A stretch of 64,000 nucleotides of DNA from a virus. Its lineage: Duplodnaviria > Caudoviricetes. This document shows positions 9,675 to 19,265 of this stretch, one piece after another. The position numbers and the translations under genes are program-made. Location: IMG/VR virus record IMGVR_UViG_2675903060_000001, positions 42,864 through 106,863 of that record. One strand, given 5' to 3'. The notes beneath the pieces were generated by a model that worked only from the letters and a program-made list of their open reading frames with translations, was not told the origin of the DNA and did no database searches. Positions within the stretch are counted from its first letter, which is position 1; every line of letters begins with the position of its first letter.

Positions 9675-10141
9675 CCACGCCGTCACCGCCGCTGCCGGGC
9701 CAGTTCTCGCGGGCGCTGCTGAACGGGCTGGCCGCGCTGCTCGCGGAGCGTGGGGTCGGCGTGTGGTCGCCGGTCGGCGCGTACGGGCCGCATCAGCTCG
9801 CGCTCACGATCGGCGGCTTGCCCGCCACCCCGGACACCGCGATCTCGCTGGCCATCTACGGGACCGGCGGCGACGACCTGGACGGCGGCGACTCGACGGT
9901 GCTCGTGCAGCTCCGGATGCGGGCCAAGGGCGACCCGCGTGACGTGGGCGACTACGCCGACGCCGTCTTCTCCGTGCTGCACGGCCTGACCGAGGTCCGG
10001 CTGTCGTCCGGGGTGCTGGTGCTGCGCGCGCGGCGCACGGTGGTGGCGCCGCCCGGCCGGGACTCCTCCGGCCGGTGGGAACGCGCCGACAGCTACGAGC
10101 TGATGGTGCACTGGCCCACCGCTCAGCGGGACGACGACTAG
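9671..10141 (+). CDS. Tail terminator-like protein
   Basis: P.TPD.AI.L..Y...VQLRMR...AVFSVLHG...GRDSSGRWE; position before tail tube. Confidence 0.75.
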   Translation: MTTPSPPLPGQFSRALLNGLAALLAERGVGVWSPVGAYGPHQLALTIGGLPATPDTAISLAIYGTGGDDLDGGDSTVLVQLRMRAKGDPRDVGDYADAVFSVLHGLTEVRLSSGVLVLRARRTVVAPPGRDSSGRWERADSYELMVHWPTAQRDDD

Positions 10142-10209
10142 CCCCGCTCCCTTTCCTTCATCGCGGGCCTGGCGCGGCCAGGATCGCGCGCACGAACGGA
10201 GACACGATC

Positions 10210-10686
10210 ATGACTCTGGTGAGCATGCTCGCCAAGCACTGGTGCATGGACGTCAACACCGCAGGGCCGGGCGCTCCCGCCCCCTCGTGGACCCGCGTTC
10301 GTGGCCTGTCCAAGTGGGAGAAGTCCACCGACGACAACGTCGAGGACGACGGCGACTTCGATGACGAGTCCGGGTACGGCTCGGACGTCATCACCGAACG
10401 CAAGTGGAAGATCGAGGCCGAGGGCCGCCGGAAGCGGAACAACACCGAGGTGTTCGTGCCCGACGCCGGCCAGGAGTACATCCGCAAGGCCGCCCGCAAG
10501 GTCGGCCTGGGCGCGTTCATCGAGGTCCGCTGGTACCGGCGGGACGGCTCCGACGAGGCGTACCAGGGGCTGTGCCAGGTCAACGAGTTCACGATGGGCG
10601 GCGAGAAGACCGACCTCGAACCCTTCAGCTTCACTCTGTTGGGCTCGGGCGAGGACGTCGAGATCGACAACCCGCTGGCGGCATGA
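10210..10686 (+). CDS. Major tail (tube) protein
   Basis: GGAG RBS; W..VRGL...D.GDFD...DAGQEYIR...VRWY...FSFTLLGSG. Confidence 0.85.
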   Translation: MTLVSMLAKHWCMDVNTAGPGAPAPSWTRVRGLSKWEKSTDDNVEDDGDFDDESGYGSDVITERKWKIEAEGRRKRNNTEVFVPDAGQEYIRKAARKVGLGAFIEVRWYRRDGSDEAYQGLCQVNEFTMGGEKTDLEPFSFTLLGSGEDVEIDNPLAA

Positions 10687-11177
10687 TGGCGCAGTTCCGG
10701 AACCTGGACGAGTTCTTCGACCCGTACCTGCGGCTACCGGTCGGCGGCAAGACGTACGCGGTCCCGCCGCCGAACGGCGAGGTGGGCCTGCTGGTGCAGC
10801 GGCTCATGCACGCCGGGATCGCCGCCGAGGCCGGTCAGGACGTGGACGCCGAAGGGCTCGGCGACCTGGCCAAGTCCGTGCTGGAGGGCGACAGCGGCGA
10901 CAGCGGCGACACCGACCTGTACCAGCGCATCCTTGGCCCCGTCTGGGACGAACTGTTCGCCGACAAGCTCGACTGGCCGGTGATCCAGCACATCGGCGAG
11001 ACGGCGATGCTGTGGATCGCCGCCGGGGCGGACGCCGCCGCGAAGCACTGGGAGGCCGGCGCGGGGGAAGCGGAGGCCCCGAACCGGAAGGCTCGCCGGG
11101 CGGCGGCGGCGCAGGCCCGATCGACCCGGTCACGGGGCTCGCGGAGTGGTACGACCCGGACGACGGACTCGGCCTGA
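10683..11177 (+). CDS. Tail assembly chaperone (G-like)
   Basis: ATGA overlap; LRLPVGGKTYAVPPP...ILGPVWDELFAD; between tube and tape measure genes. Confidence 0.8.
   Translation: MMAQFRNLDEFFDPYLRLPVGGKTYAVPPPNGEVGLLVQRLMHAGIAAEAGQDVDAEGLGDLAKSVLEGDSGDSGDTDLYQRILGPVWDELFADKLDWPVIQHIGETAMLWIAAGADAAAKHWEAGAGEAEAPNRKARRAAAAQARSTRSRGSRSGTTRTTDSA
11063..11069 (+). promoter_or_regulatory. Programmed -1 frameshift site GGGGGAA
   Basis: In-frame G GGG GAA; the -1 frame is open to 11398 and encodes W.LIEADL...YGIDL...SWRWLRTRI.GLL. Confidence 0.8.
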
Positions 11178-11398
11178 CCGGAGGCCCCGCAGTGTCCTGG
11201 CTGGACCTGCTGACCCGCTGGGACCTGATCGAGGCTGACCTGCACCAGACGTACGGCATCGACCTCGACCGGTCGGGCGCACTGCGCGACCGGTCGTGGC
11301 GGTGGCTGCGGACCCGGATCGCCGGGCTGCTCGTGTGTGACTCGCGGATCGCCCGCGCGCTCGACCCCGGCGACGACGGCCCCGGCCGCCGCCGCTGA
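11063..11398 (+). CDS. Tail assembly chaperone frameshift extension (GT-like)
   Basis: -1 frame continuation of the 10683 gene with a typical actinophage chaperone motif. Confidence 0.75.
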   Translation, partial: GGSGGPEPEGSPGGGGAGPIDPVTGLAEWYDPDDGLGLTGGPAVSWLDLLTRWDLIEADLHQTYGIDLDRSGALRDRSWRWLRTRIAGLLVCDSRIARALDPGDDGPGRRR

Positions 11399-11423
11399 CC
11401 CCTCCCTCCCCCTTCTCTCCTTC

Positions 11424-11443
11424 TGCTGGCGTTACCGCCAGCG
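11424..11443. repeat. Dispersed palindrome, copy 2 (TGCTGGCGTTACCGCCAGCG)
   Basis: Intergenic before tape measure gene; symmetric substitutions relative to copy 1. Confidence 0.75.
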
Positions 11444-11486
11444 TTCAGGCCGCCACGCCTCCTGATCTTTCTCTGATCGAAGGGCG

Positions 11487-13733
11487 GTGGCCGTCGTGAA
11501 CGTCGGCGAGCTGTTCGCCAGGCTCCGGCTGAAGGACCACCTCACCAGCGCGCTCGGCCGCGCCATCGGCTTCTTCCGGGCCAAGGCCGCCGAGTTCCGC
11601 GCGCACGCCGGCTCCATCGCTGCCGGGTCGGTGCAGATGGGTGCCCGGCTGGCGGCGACCGCCGTGGCCGGTGCGACCGCCGCCGCCGGCCTGGCCGCCG
11701 CGGCGCAGGGCGCGCTCGGCCTGATCGCGGCGCTCGCGCCCGCCGCCGGGATCGTGGCCGCGCTGCCCGGCGCGCTCGCGCTCGGCGCCGGAGCGCTGGC
11801 CACACTCAAGATCGCGCTGTCCGGGGTCGGCGACGCCTTCTCGGCGGCGCTCGCCGACGACCCGAAGAAGTTCGCCGAGTCCCTGGCCGGGCTGTCACCG
11901 GCCGCGCGGGCGGCGGCGATGGAGCTGCGCGCGGCCAAGCCCGCGATCGACGCCCTCAAGAGCAGCGTCCAGGAGGCGTTCTTCGCCCCGCTGGCCGGCC
12001 AGATCGCCGCCGTGGCGGCGGCGCTGTCGGGTCCGCTCAGGTCCGGCATGTCCGGCGTCGCCTCGCAGATGGGGCTCGGCGCGGCCGAGGTGGCGCGGTT
12101 CGCCTCGTCCGGGCAGACCGTCGCCGCCCTGTCTTCGATCTTCGCGTCGCTACGGTCCGCCGTGGCGGCGACGCTGCCCGCGATCCAGCCGGTCCTGGCC
12201 GGGTTCCGGGACCTGGCCGTCGTCGGCGCCGGCTTCTCGGCCGGGCTCGCGCCGGGGATCGCCGCGGCGGCGGCCCGGTTCGGCGAGTTCCTGTCGCAGG
12301 CCGCCGCCAGCGGCAAGGCGCTCGCCTGGATGCAGGGCGCCGTCGCGGTGTTCCAGCAGCTCGGCCAGATCGCCGGGAACCTGATCGGGATCGTCCGAGG
12401 GGTCTTCTCGGCGATGCAGACCGGCGGGTCCGGCGCGCTCGGCGTGCTCGGCCAACTCCTCGGCCAGCTAAACCAGTTCGTCAACAGTGCGCAGGGCCAG
12501 CAGATCCTTGTCACGATCTTCCAGTCGCTCGCCCAGGTCGGCGGCGTGCTGATGCCGATCTTCACGGCGCTCGGGGGTGCGCTGGCGCTGGTCGCGCCGC
12601 ACGTGGCCGCCATCGCGGTCGCCCTCGGCCCTGGGCTCGCCGCCGCTGTCGGTGCGCTCGGTCCTGCGCTGGCCGCGCTCGGTCCAGGGCTGACGCTCGT
12701 GGCGCAGATGCTGTCGCAGGCGTTCGCGAACCCGGCGATGCAGGCGGGGTTGCTCGCGCTCGGTCAGGGGATCTCGGCGGTGCTCGCTGCGGCGGCTCCA
12801 CTCCTGCCGGTGGTGGGTCAGCTCGCCGGGATTCTGGGTCAACTTCTGGGCGCGGCGCTGGCGAATCTGGCGGCGCTGCTCGCCCCCGTGATTTCGGCGC
12901 TTTCGTCCAGTTTGCAGCCACTTCTTCCGGTTTTGTCGAGCGCGATCACGGATCTGGCGGCGGCCACGGCCCCACTCGCCGCTCAAATCGGACAAGTGCT
13001 AGCAATAGCCATCAAAACGGTGCTTCCGCCCCTGGTGCAGCTCGCGGTGGATCTGCTCCCGCCCCTGGTGGAGCTGACGAAGCAACTGATCCCGCTGATC
13101 ACCTCCTGGGTGAGCAGCATGTCCTCCATCCTGGGCGTGATTCAGCCGATCGTCCCACCATTGGTGCAGATCGCGACGTCGCTCCTGCCCTTCTGGATCA
13201 AGATCATCACGGCCCTGGTGAAACTGATCAACGGCGACTTCAAGGGTGCCTTCCAATCGATCATGTCGGCCATCAAGGGCTTCGGCGACACGATCATGAA
13301 CGCCGGGAAAGCCCTGATGGACGGCCTCTGGAACGGCATCGTCGCCGCCGGAAACCAGATCAAATCCAAGATCGTCGGCTTCCTCCGGTCCATCCTCCCG
13401 CAGCCCGTGCTCGACTTCCTCGGCATCCACTCGCCGTCGAAGCTGTTCGCCAAGATGGGCCGCGAGGTACCCGCCGGACTCGCCCTCGGCATCACCCAGG
13501 CCGGAGGACTGGTGCGCACCGCCGTGCAGCGCATGGCCGGGATCGTCGCCGGCGCGGGCATCCCCGACATGCAGATGCCGGGCCTGGCCGTGCCGGGCGG
13601 AGCGGCCGGGACGGGCCTCGGCGGAGCGTCGCGCGTCGTCGTGCACCAGACGAACTACTACCCGCAAGCCGAACCGACCTCGGCCAGCGTGAACCGCGGG
13701 CTTCAGCTCACGAGCGCCTTGGGGGTGATCTAG
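11487..13733 (+). CDS. Tape measure protein
   Basis: 748 aa Ala/Gly/Leu-rich helical; NVGELFARL start; LGIHSPSKLF motif. Confidence 0.92.
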   Translation: MAVVNVGELFARLRLKDHLTSALGRAIGFFRAKAAEFRAHAGSIAAGSVQMGARLAATAVAGATAAAGLAAAAQGALGLIAALAPAAGIVAALPGALALGAGALATLKIALSGVGDAFSAALADDPKKFAESLAGLSPAARAAAMELRAAKPAIDALKSSVQEAFFAPLAGQIAAVAAALSGPLRSGMSGVASQMGLGAAEVARFASSGQTVAALSSIFASLRSAVAATLPAIQPVLAGFRDLAVVGAGFSAGLAPGIAAAAARFGEFLSQAAASGKALAWMQGAVAVFQQLGQIAGNLIGIVRGVFSAMQTGGSGALGVLGQLLGQLNQFVNSAQGQQILVTIFQSLAQVGGVLMPIFTALGGALALVAPHVAAIAVALGPGLAAAVGALGPALAALGPGLTLVAQMLSQAFANPAMQAGLLALGQGISAVLAAAAPLLPVVGQLAGILGQLLGAALANLAALLAPVISALSSSLQPLLPVLSSAITDLAAATAPLAAQIGQVLAIAIKTVLPPLVQLAVDLLPPLVELTKQLIPLITSWVSSMSSILGVIQPIVPPLVQIATSLLPFWIKIITALVKLINGDFKGAFQSIMSAIKGFGDTIMNAGKALMDGLWNGIVAAGNQIKSKIVGFLRSILPQPVLDFLGIHSPSKLFAKMGREVPAGLALGITQAGGLVRTAVQRMAGIVAGAGIPDMQMPGLAVPGGAAGTGLGGASRVVVHQTNYYPQAEPTSASVNRGLQLTSALGVI

Positions 13734-14614
13734 TGCCGTCGTACACGCTGGACGGCGTGCCGCTCGACCACCCGGCCGGCTGCTGGAAGCTGAAGAAGGG
13801 CACCCAGCGCAGGCCGCTCCCCGGCGCGCGGGCCGTGCGCGTCTCCGTGCCCGGCCGCGCCGGTGAATTGCCCATCACGGGCCTCGACCACGAGATCACG
13901 TCGTTCTCTCTGGTGTTCACCGTGACGGGCGCGACCCCGACCGGCGGCGACGGCGGCTTTGCCCAGCTCGAAACCAACCTGGAAGCGTTGGCGGCGATGC
14001 TCGGCGTCCGGCACCGGCTCATGAGCCTCCGCTACCAGGCCGGGGCGATCGTGCGGGTGGCCGACGTGACCGTGGTTGCCGCCAGCGAGCCCGAGCTGCG
14101 GGTCGGTGCGGCCCGCGCCAGACTGACCGCCGTGGTCGAGGTGCCCGGCGTTTACTGGCGCGACGAAACCACCGCCACCTGGCAGGGGGCGGCGAACACC
14201 GCCGACCAGCCGATCGCGACCCTCGCCGGGAGCACCGCGCCCGTCACCGACGCTCTGATCCGCGTCACGGGGCCGGCCACGAACATCACCGTGCGGGACG
14301 TGGCCACGCAGGGCGCGGTGGGTCTGCTCGCTGCCGGGGCGAACTCCATCACGGCTTCGGAGCGGCTGCTGATCGACGCCGCCGCCATGCGCGCCGCCAT
14401 CGTCACCACCGACACCTGGGACCTCGCCGGAGGCACGGACCGGACGGGCGTGATCAGCGTGTTCGGGCCGGGATCGGCGTCGCGATGGATACACCTGACC
14501 CCGGCGATGGCCGTGGGCGATCCGTTCTCCCGCGCGGTGCTCATCTCGTGCACGGCGACCGGAACCACCGCGGCGTCGAAGCTCGAAGTTCGCGCCCGAC
14601 GCTCTTATCTCTGA
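13733..14614 (+). CDS. Distal tail protein (Dit-like)
   Basis: Follows tape measure; YTLDGVPLD...VPGRAG...GSTAPVTDA...VRARRSYL. Confidence 0.75.
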   Translation: MPSYTLDGVPLDHPAGCWKLKKGTQRRPLPGARAVRVSVPGRAGELPITGLDHEITSFSLVFTVTGATPTGGDGGFAQLETNLEALAAMLGVRHRLMSLRYQAGAIVRVADVTVVAASEPELRVGAARARLTAVVEVPGVYWRDETTATWQGAANTADQPIATLAGSTAPVTDALIRVTGPATNITVRDVATQGAVGLLAAGANSITASERLLIDAAAMRAAIVTTDTWDLAGGTDRTGVISVFGPGSASRWIHLTPAMAVGDPFSRAVLISCTATGTTAASKLEVRARRSYL

Positions 14615-14821
14615 GGAACAACAGCGCGAACGAGCCAAGAAATGGTGCGTTGGAAGGAACTTGGATGTGCGGGGCTCTGAACAAGCGAGGCAGCTACACA
14701 GTATGGTTTACGAGGGAGTGAGTCATGCATGATTCATTCGCGGAGTTGTCGCGAGGCCCCGGCCACCGTGCCAATGGAGAGCCGAGGCCCCGCGTGGGGG
14801 CTCAGTCAGCCGCTGGTGCGG

Positions 14822-14926
14822 CTAGCTGAGCCCTCCTCTGTTGAGAGCCCAGTCGAGCAGGATGAGCAGCAGTTGCAGGAGCAACAGCCTGTCTTCGCCG
14901 TCTGGTTCTCTCGGGGAGCTGTGCAG
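14822..14926 (-). CDS. Small hydrophobic peptide (34 aa), type I toxin-like; not in ORF track
   Basis: AGGAGG RBS (14935-14940) 8 nt before a CTG start (alternative GTG at 14935); HSSPREPDGEDRLLLLQLLLILLDWALNRGGLS; hairpin overlaps the stop. Confidence 0.5.
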   Translation of the reverse strand: MHSSPREPDGEDRLLLLQLLLILLDWALNRGGLS

Positions 14927-15312
14927 CGAACTCACCTCCTGGACCGGATCAGGAACCTTGTGGGGTTGGCCCCGGTCCGCCGGCCGACCCAATTGGACGC
15001 CGACCGGCTAGTGAGATCGCTTGCTACCAGCTCCCTTGAATCGTAGTGACTTCGCCGCGAGTGCGGCGATCGTAGTAACGAGATTCCGGCGGTCATTTTG
15101 TCCGTTCTAATCGGACATGGCCTGCGTTCGTGGGCGTAATCCGCCCAAAAAAACTTTCGGACAAACAAGAACTGTAGGTAATTGATTCACTGCGGATGGT
15201 GAGAAACGGGGGTGTTTCCTGCGGAAACCCCTCCATTCCGGGACATATGCCAACCCCGCCCGAAATTCCTCGCAGCTTTTCTGAAATACGTTCCACCGGG
15301 TGAGGAGGGATC

Positions 15313-16467
15313 GTGCCCTTCGACCTCCGCCTCGTCGCCTACGCCCCGAACGGGGCGCGGCTGGGCATCCTCCCGCACCCGACGTCTCTCCAGGTGTCCT
15401 GGCCGCTCAACGACGTTCCAGCGCTCAAGTTCACCTACAGTGCGCACGCCGTGGGCGCTCAACTGATCGCACAGCCGTGCGAGATCGGCGTGCAGTGGTC
15501 GGCGGATGGCACCACCTGGACGGAGAACGGCGACGGCCGGTTCCTCCTCCTCCGCCGCGAGGGCGACCAGCTCGACCCGTCCGGAGTGTGGCGGTTCGAC
15601 TGCCCCTCCTACCTGTGGGTGCTGAAGAAGGCCGTCACGTACGCGCACGCCTCCATCGCCCCCGTCAACGGCCAGCGCATGTACGGCAGCCCGACGCCGA
15701 ACGCCACCGCCGGGTTCATCATGAACTCGCTCCTGACCGAAGCGCAGGCGCGCGGCGCCCTGTTCAACTTCGGGTGGACGTTCACCGGCACCACCGACAG
15801 CGCCACCACCACCTGGAGCCAGACCTTCGGTCTCGGCATCCCCCTCGGCACCGACGTGCTCTCGGTCCTGCTGACGCTCGTGGACGCCGGGCTCATCGAC
15901 ATCCGCATGACCGGCCCCCGCACTCTGTCCGCGTGGCGGCCCGGAACCGCGATCTTCCGCAACCTCACCACCGTCCCCGCCCCGGTCGAGCTCGCCGCCG
16001 GCCGCGACATCCGCGCCGCCCCCGACGTCGGCACGCTGGAGGACATGGCCAGCGCCGTGTACGTCGTCGGCGACGCCAGCTTCCGCATCGAGCGGACGAA
16101 CATCGGCACCCCTCTGCCGTGGGGCCGGTGGGAGGTCGGCGTGCGCCAAGTCGGCGTGACCGAGACCAGCGCCGCGGCGCTCGTGGGCGACTCGCTGCTC
16201 GTGCGCGGCGCCGTCGAACGCACCCAGCGCACCCGCGAACTGTCGTTCACCGCCGCGCGGTGGCTGCCGCTGCGGGACTACCTGCCCGGCGACCTCATCT
16301 ACGCGCCGGGCGAGGCCGGACAGCGCAAGGCGATGCGCGTCCGTCAGATCACGTTGACCCGGACCGACCGCGGGGTGGTCGGCGGGAACCTCGTCCTCGA
16401 TGACCGGCTCGCCGACCTGGAGCTTCTGGTGCGCCGCCGGGTCGCGCTCCTTGCCCGTCGCCCCTGA
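15313..16467 (+). CDS. Minor tail/baseplate hub protein, short paralog
   Basis: GAGGAGG RBS; colinear with the N-terminal ~380 aa of the next gene. Confidence 0.75.
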   Translation: MPFDLRLVAYAPNGARLGILPHPTSLQVSWPLNDVPALKFTYSAHAVGAQLIAQPCEIGVQWSADGTTWTENGDGRFLLLRREGDQLDPSGVWRFDCPSYLWVLKKAVTYAHASIAPVNGQRMYGSPTPNATAGFIMNSLLTEAQARGALFNFGWTFTGTTDSATTTWSQTFGLGIPLGTDVLSVLLTLVDAGLIDIRMTGPRTLSAWRPGTAIFRNLTTVPAPVELAAGRDIRAAPDVGTLEDMASAVYVVGDASFRIERTNIGTPLPWGRWEVGVRQVGVTETSAAALVGDSLLVRGAVERTQRTRELSFTAARWLPLRDYLPGDLIYAPGEAGQRKAMRVRQITLTRTDRGVVGGNLVLDDRLADLELLVRRRVALLARRP

Positions 16468-16487
16468 GTGGAACTGAGAGGAGCACC

Positions 16488-19217
16488 GTGCAGGTCATCA
16501 CGCCCGGACGTCCGGAGCCGTACGCGCTGCGGCTGACCGCCTACGCCCCGAACGGCGCGCGGCTCGGGACGCTGCCGCACCACCTCGGGTTCGAGGCCGG
16601 GATACCGCTCAACGACGTGCCGAGCCTGCGACTCACCTACCCGGCGGCCGGCGCGGGCGCCGAGCTGCTGACCGCGCCAGTGGAGATCGCCGTCGAGGTG
16701 TCGGTCGGCGGCGGCCCGTGGCTGGAACCGAACGACGCCCGCTTCCTGCGGATCAAGCGGGGGAGCAACGCCACCGACGCCACCGGCGCGCGGAGCTACG
16801 ACTGCCCCGGCTACGCGTGGATGCTGCGCAAGCTCGTGCTGCATCCAGGCCCGGTCATGGTCGAGGGCAAGCGGCCGTTCTCCGCCGTGTCGGCGGGGGC
16901 GATCCTTCGGACGTTCGTGGACGAGGGCCACGCGCGCGGCACGCTGCCCGGCCTCGCGGTGGCGTTCACCACCACGCACGACTCCGCCGGGCAGCCGTGG
17001 GACAAGACGCTGACGCTCCAGGTAGAGCCCGGCGCGGACCTGCTCACTCTCCTGCTCAACCTCAGCGAACAGGGCGTGCTCGACTGGACGATGACCGGCC
17101 GCACCCTCCGCGCCTACAACGAAGGCACGATCCTGGGCGAAGACCTCGCCGCCGGGCACGCTCCGGTGGACCTGCGGCTCGGCCGCGACATCGACGACGC
17201 CCCCGCGACCGCAACTCTCGAGGATCTGGCGTCGGCGATCCTCGTGCGCGGCGAGGCCGGGCTGAGCGTCGAGGTGACCAACCCCAGCGCGCCGCAGCCG
17301 TGGGGCCGGTGGGAGACCGCCCAGTCCCAGGGCGGCGTGGCCGACGAGGGGACGGCGATCCTCCTCGGCACCAACGCGCTCGCCCGCGCCGGCCGAGAGA
17401 GGACCCAGCTCACGCGCGGCATCCGCGTCGAGGCGGCGCGGTGGCTGCCGCTCGTGCACTACCGGCCCGGAGACCTGGTGCTCGCCCCCGGCGAGACCGG
17501 CGCGATGGAACCGGTCCGGGTCCGGCAGATCACCGTGTCCGTGGGCCAGGACGGCGGCATCGGCGGCAACCTCGTCCTGCACGACCGGTTCATCGAGCGG
17601 GAACTGCGGCTCGCCCGCCAGGCGGCGGGCATCCTCGCCGGCGGCGTCTCCTCCGGCGGGACGGGCGGCACTCCGGCGCCGGAGCCGTCCGGCCGCGTGG
17701 CGGCGGCCCCGGCCGGGCTCATCGTGGAACCGGCCGCGTACACCGACGAGCACGGGTTCGCCCGCGGTCAGATCACGGCCACCTGGACGCCGGTCACCGC
17801 TGACGTGAACGGCGTCGCCCTGGACGTGGACGGCTACGAGCTGTACGCCCGCGTCAACGCGACCGGGCAGGTGTGGCGGCACATCGCCACCAGCGACGAC
17901 ACCACGGCGACGTACTCGCCGCTCGTCGTGGCCACCACGTACGCATTCAAAGTCCGCGCCACCGCCGCGGGCACCAAGGGCGCGTTCGGGCCGGAGTTCG
18001 TGGTCCTGGTCCCGGACGACGTCACCCCGCCGCCCGTCCCCTCGACGCCGGTGCTCTCGACGCGGCTCGGCGTCATCGACGCCGCATGGAACGGCCTCGG
18101 GTCGTCAGGCGAGCCGATGCCGCCGGACTTCGAGCACGTCCGGGTGCACATGGCGGCCGACGCCGAAGGCCCGTGGACAGTCGTGGATCACCTGCGGGCG
18201 GCCGGGTCCGCGCTCATCGCCGACCAGCCGTACAACACGCCGCGCTGGTTCCGGCTGACGTCGGTGGACCGGCGCGGCAACACCTCGGCGCCCTCGGCCG
18301 CCGCCTCCATCGCGACGCAGCCGCTCGTCAACGGCGACATCATCGGCGAGGTCATCGACGGCGCGAACATCGTGCCCGGCACGGTGAACGCGGCCGACGC
18401 CGTCATCGCCAACACGATCACCGGAGGGCTCATCCAGGCCCTCGCCATCGAGACCCCGCACCTCAAGGCCAACGCGGTCACGCTCGACAAGCTCGCCGCC
18501 GGGTCCGTGGACGCGACCCGGCTGACCGCGACCGCCATCGACGGCAAGACCATCACCGGGGCGTTCATCCGCACCGCCGCGACCGGCCGGCGGCTGGAGT
18601 TCGCGCCGCCCGGCGCGACGTACCCGGAGATGCGGTTCATCCCGGCCAGTGCCGGGAGCAACTACACCCGGCTGAGGACGCGCGACGACCAGTGGCCCGG
18701 CGAGGCGACGTTCGAGATCACGAGCGGAACCAACTCGGGTGTGACCGCCGCGAGCCAGACCTCGATCGCGGCTGGGTTCATGCAGATGCAGGTCAGGGAC
18801 TCGACCCTGTCGAATCCCAATGGTGGGCTCATGGAACTGGCCGAGTCGTATGCCCGGTACGGCTACTTCCGCAGCGCCGACCGCGAGCAATACTTCTGGT
18901 TCGACAACTCCGGCCGCACCCGCCACGTCGGCAAGTGGTGGGACTTCACCGCACTCGGCCCCACCGCGGGCATCCTCGCCGGCTCCGTCACCTTCGCCTC
19001 GGCCGGGTCGGGCGCGAACATCCGCTTCCTGTCCTACGGCGCGTCCATGGACGGCAACATGGGGCCCGTCGTCGTCATGCGGCGCGGCCTGTCCAGCCCG
19101 ACCTCGCACACCCCGTCCGGGTCGTGGTACGTGACCGAGTCCCTCCAAACCGGCTTCCGGATCTCCACCAGCTTCCCGGACGGTTTCGCGATCTACTGGT
19201 GGGCTCACCGGCATTGA
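16488..19217 (+). CDS. Minor tail/baseplate hub-fibre protein with FN3-like domains
   Basis: Hub-like N-terminus; W..V...DGYELY...YAFKVRA and WFRLTSVDRRGNTSAPS FN3 motifs; ANAVTLDKLAAGSV stalk repeats. Confidence 0.85.
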   Translation: MQVITPGRPEPYALRLTAYAPNGARLGTLPHHLGFEAGIPLNDVPSLRLTYPAAGAGAELLTAPVEIAVEVSVGGGPWLEPNDARFLRIKRGSNATDATGARSYDCPGYAWMLRKLVLHPGPVMVEGKRPFSAVSAGAILRTFVDEGHARGTLPGLAVAFTTTHDSAGQPWDKTLTLQVEPGADLLTLLLNLSEQGVLDWTMTGRTLRAYNEGTILGEDLAAGHAPVDLRLGRDIDDAPATATLEDLASAILVRGEAGLSVEVTNPSAPQPWGRWETAQSQGGVADEGTAILLGTNALARAGRERTQLTRGIRVEAARWLPLVHYRPGDLVLAPGETGAMEPVRVRQITVSVGQDGGIGGNLVLHDRFIERELRLARQAAGILAGGVSSGGTGGTPAPEPSGRVAAAPAGLIVEPAAYTDEHGFARGQITATWTPVTADVNGVALDVDGYELYARVNATGQVWRHIATSDDTTATYSPLVVATTYAFKVRATAAGTKGAFGPEFVVLVPDDVTPPPVPSTPVLSTRLGVIDAAWNGLGSSGEPMPPDFEHVRVHMAADAEGPWTVVDHLRAAGSALIADQPYNTPRWFRLTSVDRRGNTSAPSAAASIATQPLVNGDIIGEVIDGANIVPGTVNAADAVIANTITGGLIQALAIETPHLKANAVTLDKLAAGSVDATRLTATAIDGKTITGAFIRTAATGRRLEFAPPGATYPEMRFIPASAGSNYTRLRTRDDQWPGEATFEITSGTNSGVTAASQTSIAAGFMQMQVRDSTLSNPNGGLMELAESYARYGYFRSADREQYFWFDNSGRTRHVGKWWDFTALGPTAGILAGSVTFASAGSGANIRFLSYGASMDGNMGPVVVMRRGLSSPTSHTPSGSWYVTESLQTGFRISTSFPDGFAIYWWAHRH

Positions 19218-19265
19218 CCAGCCCATCCGCCGCACCCCCGACGCCGACATGAGAAGGACTCCGCG

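Noticed and set aside
14729-15046. 105-aa plus-strand ORF in the tail island
   Set aside because: Its Gln-rich stretch is the antisense of the Leu-rich minus-strand peptide, which has the better RBS.
15313-19217. Diversity-generating retroelement or invertible tail-fibre cassette
   Set aside because: No reverse transcriptase or invertase; the paralogs are co-oriented and diverged throughout rather than at adenines.
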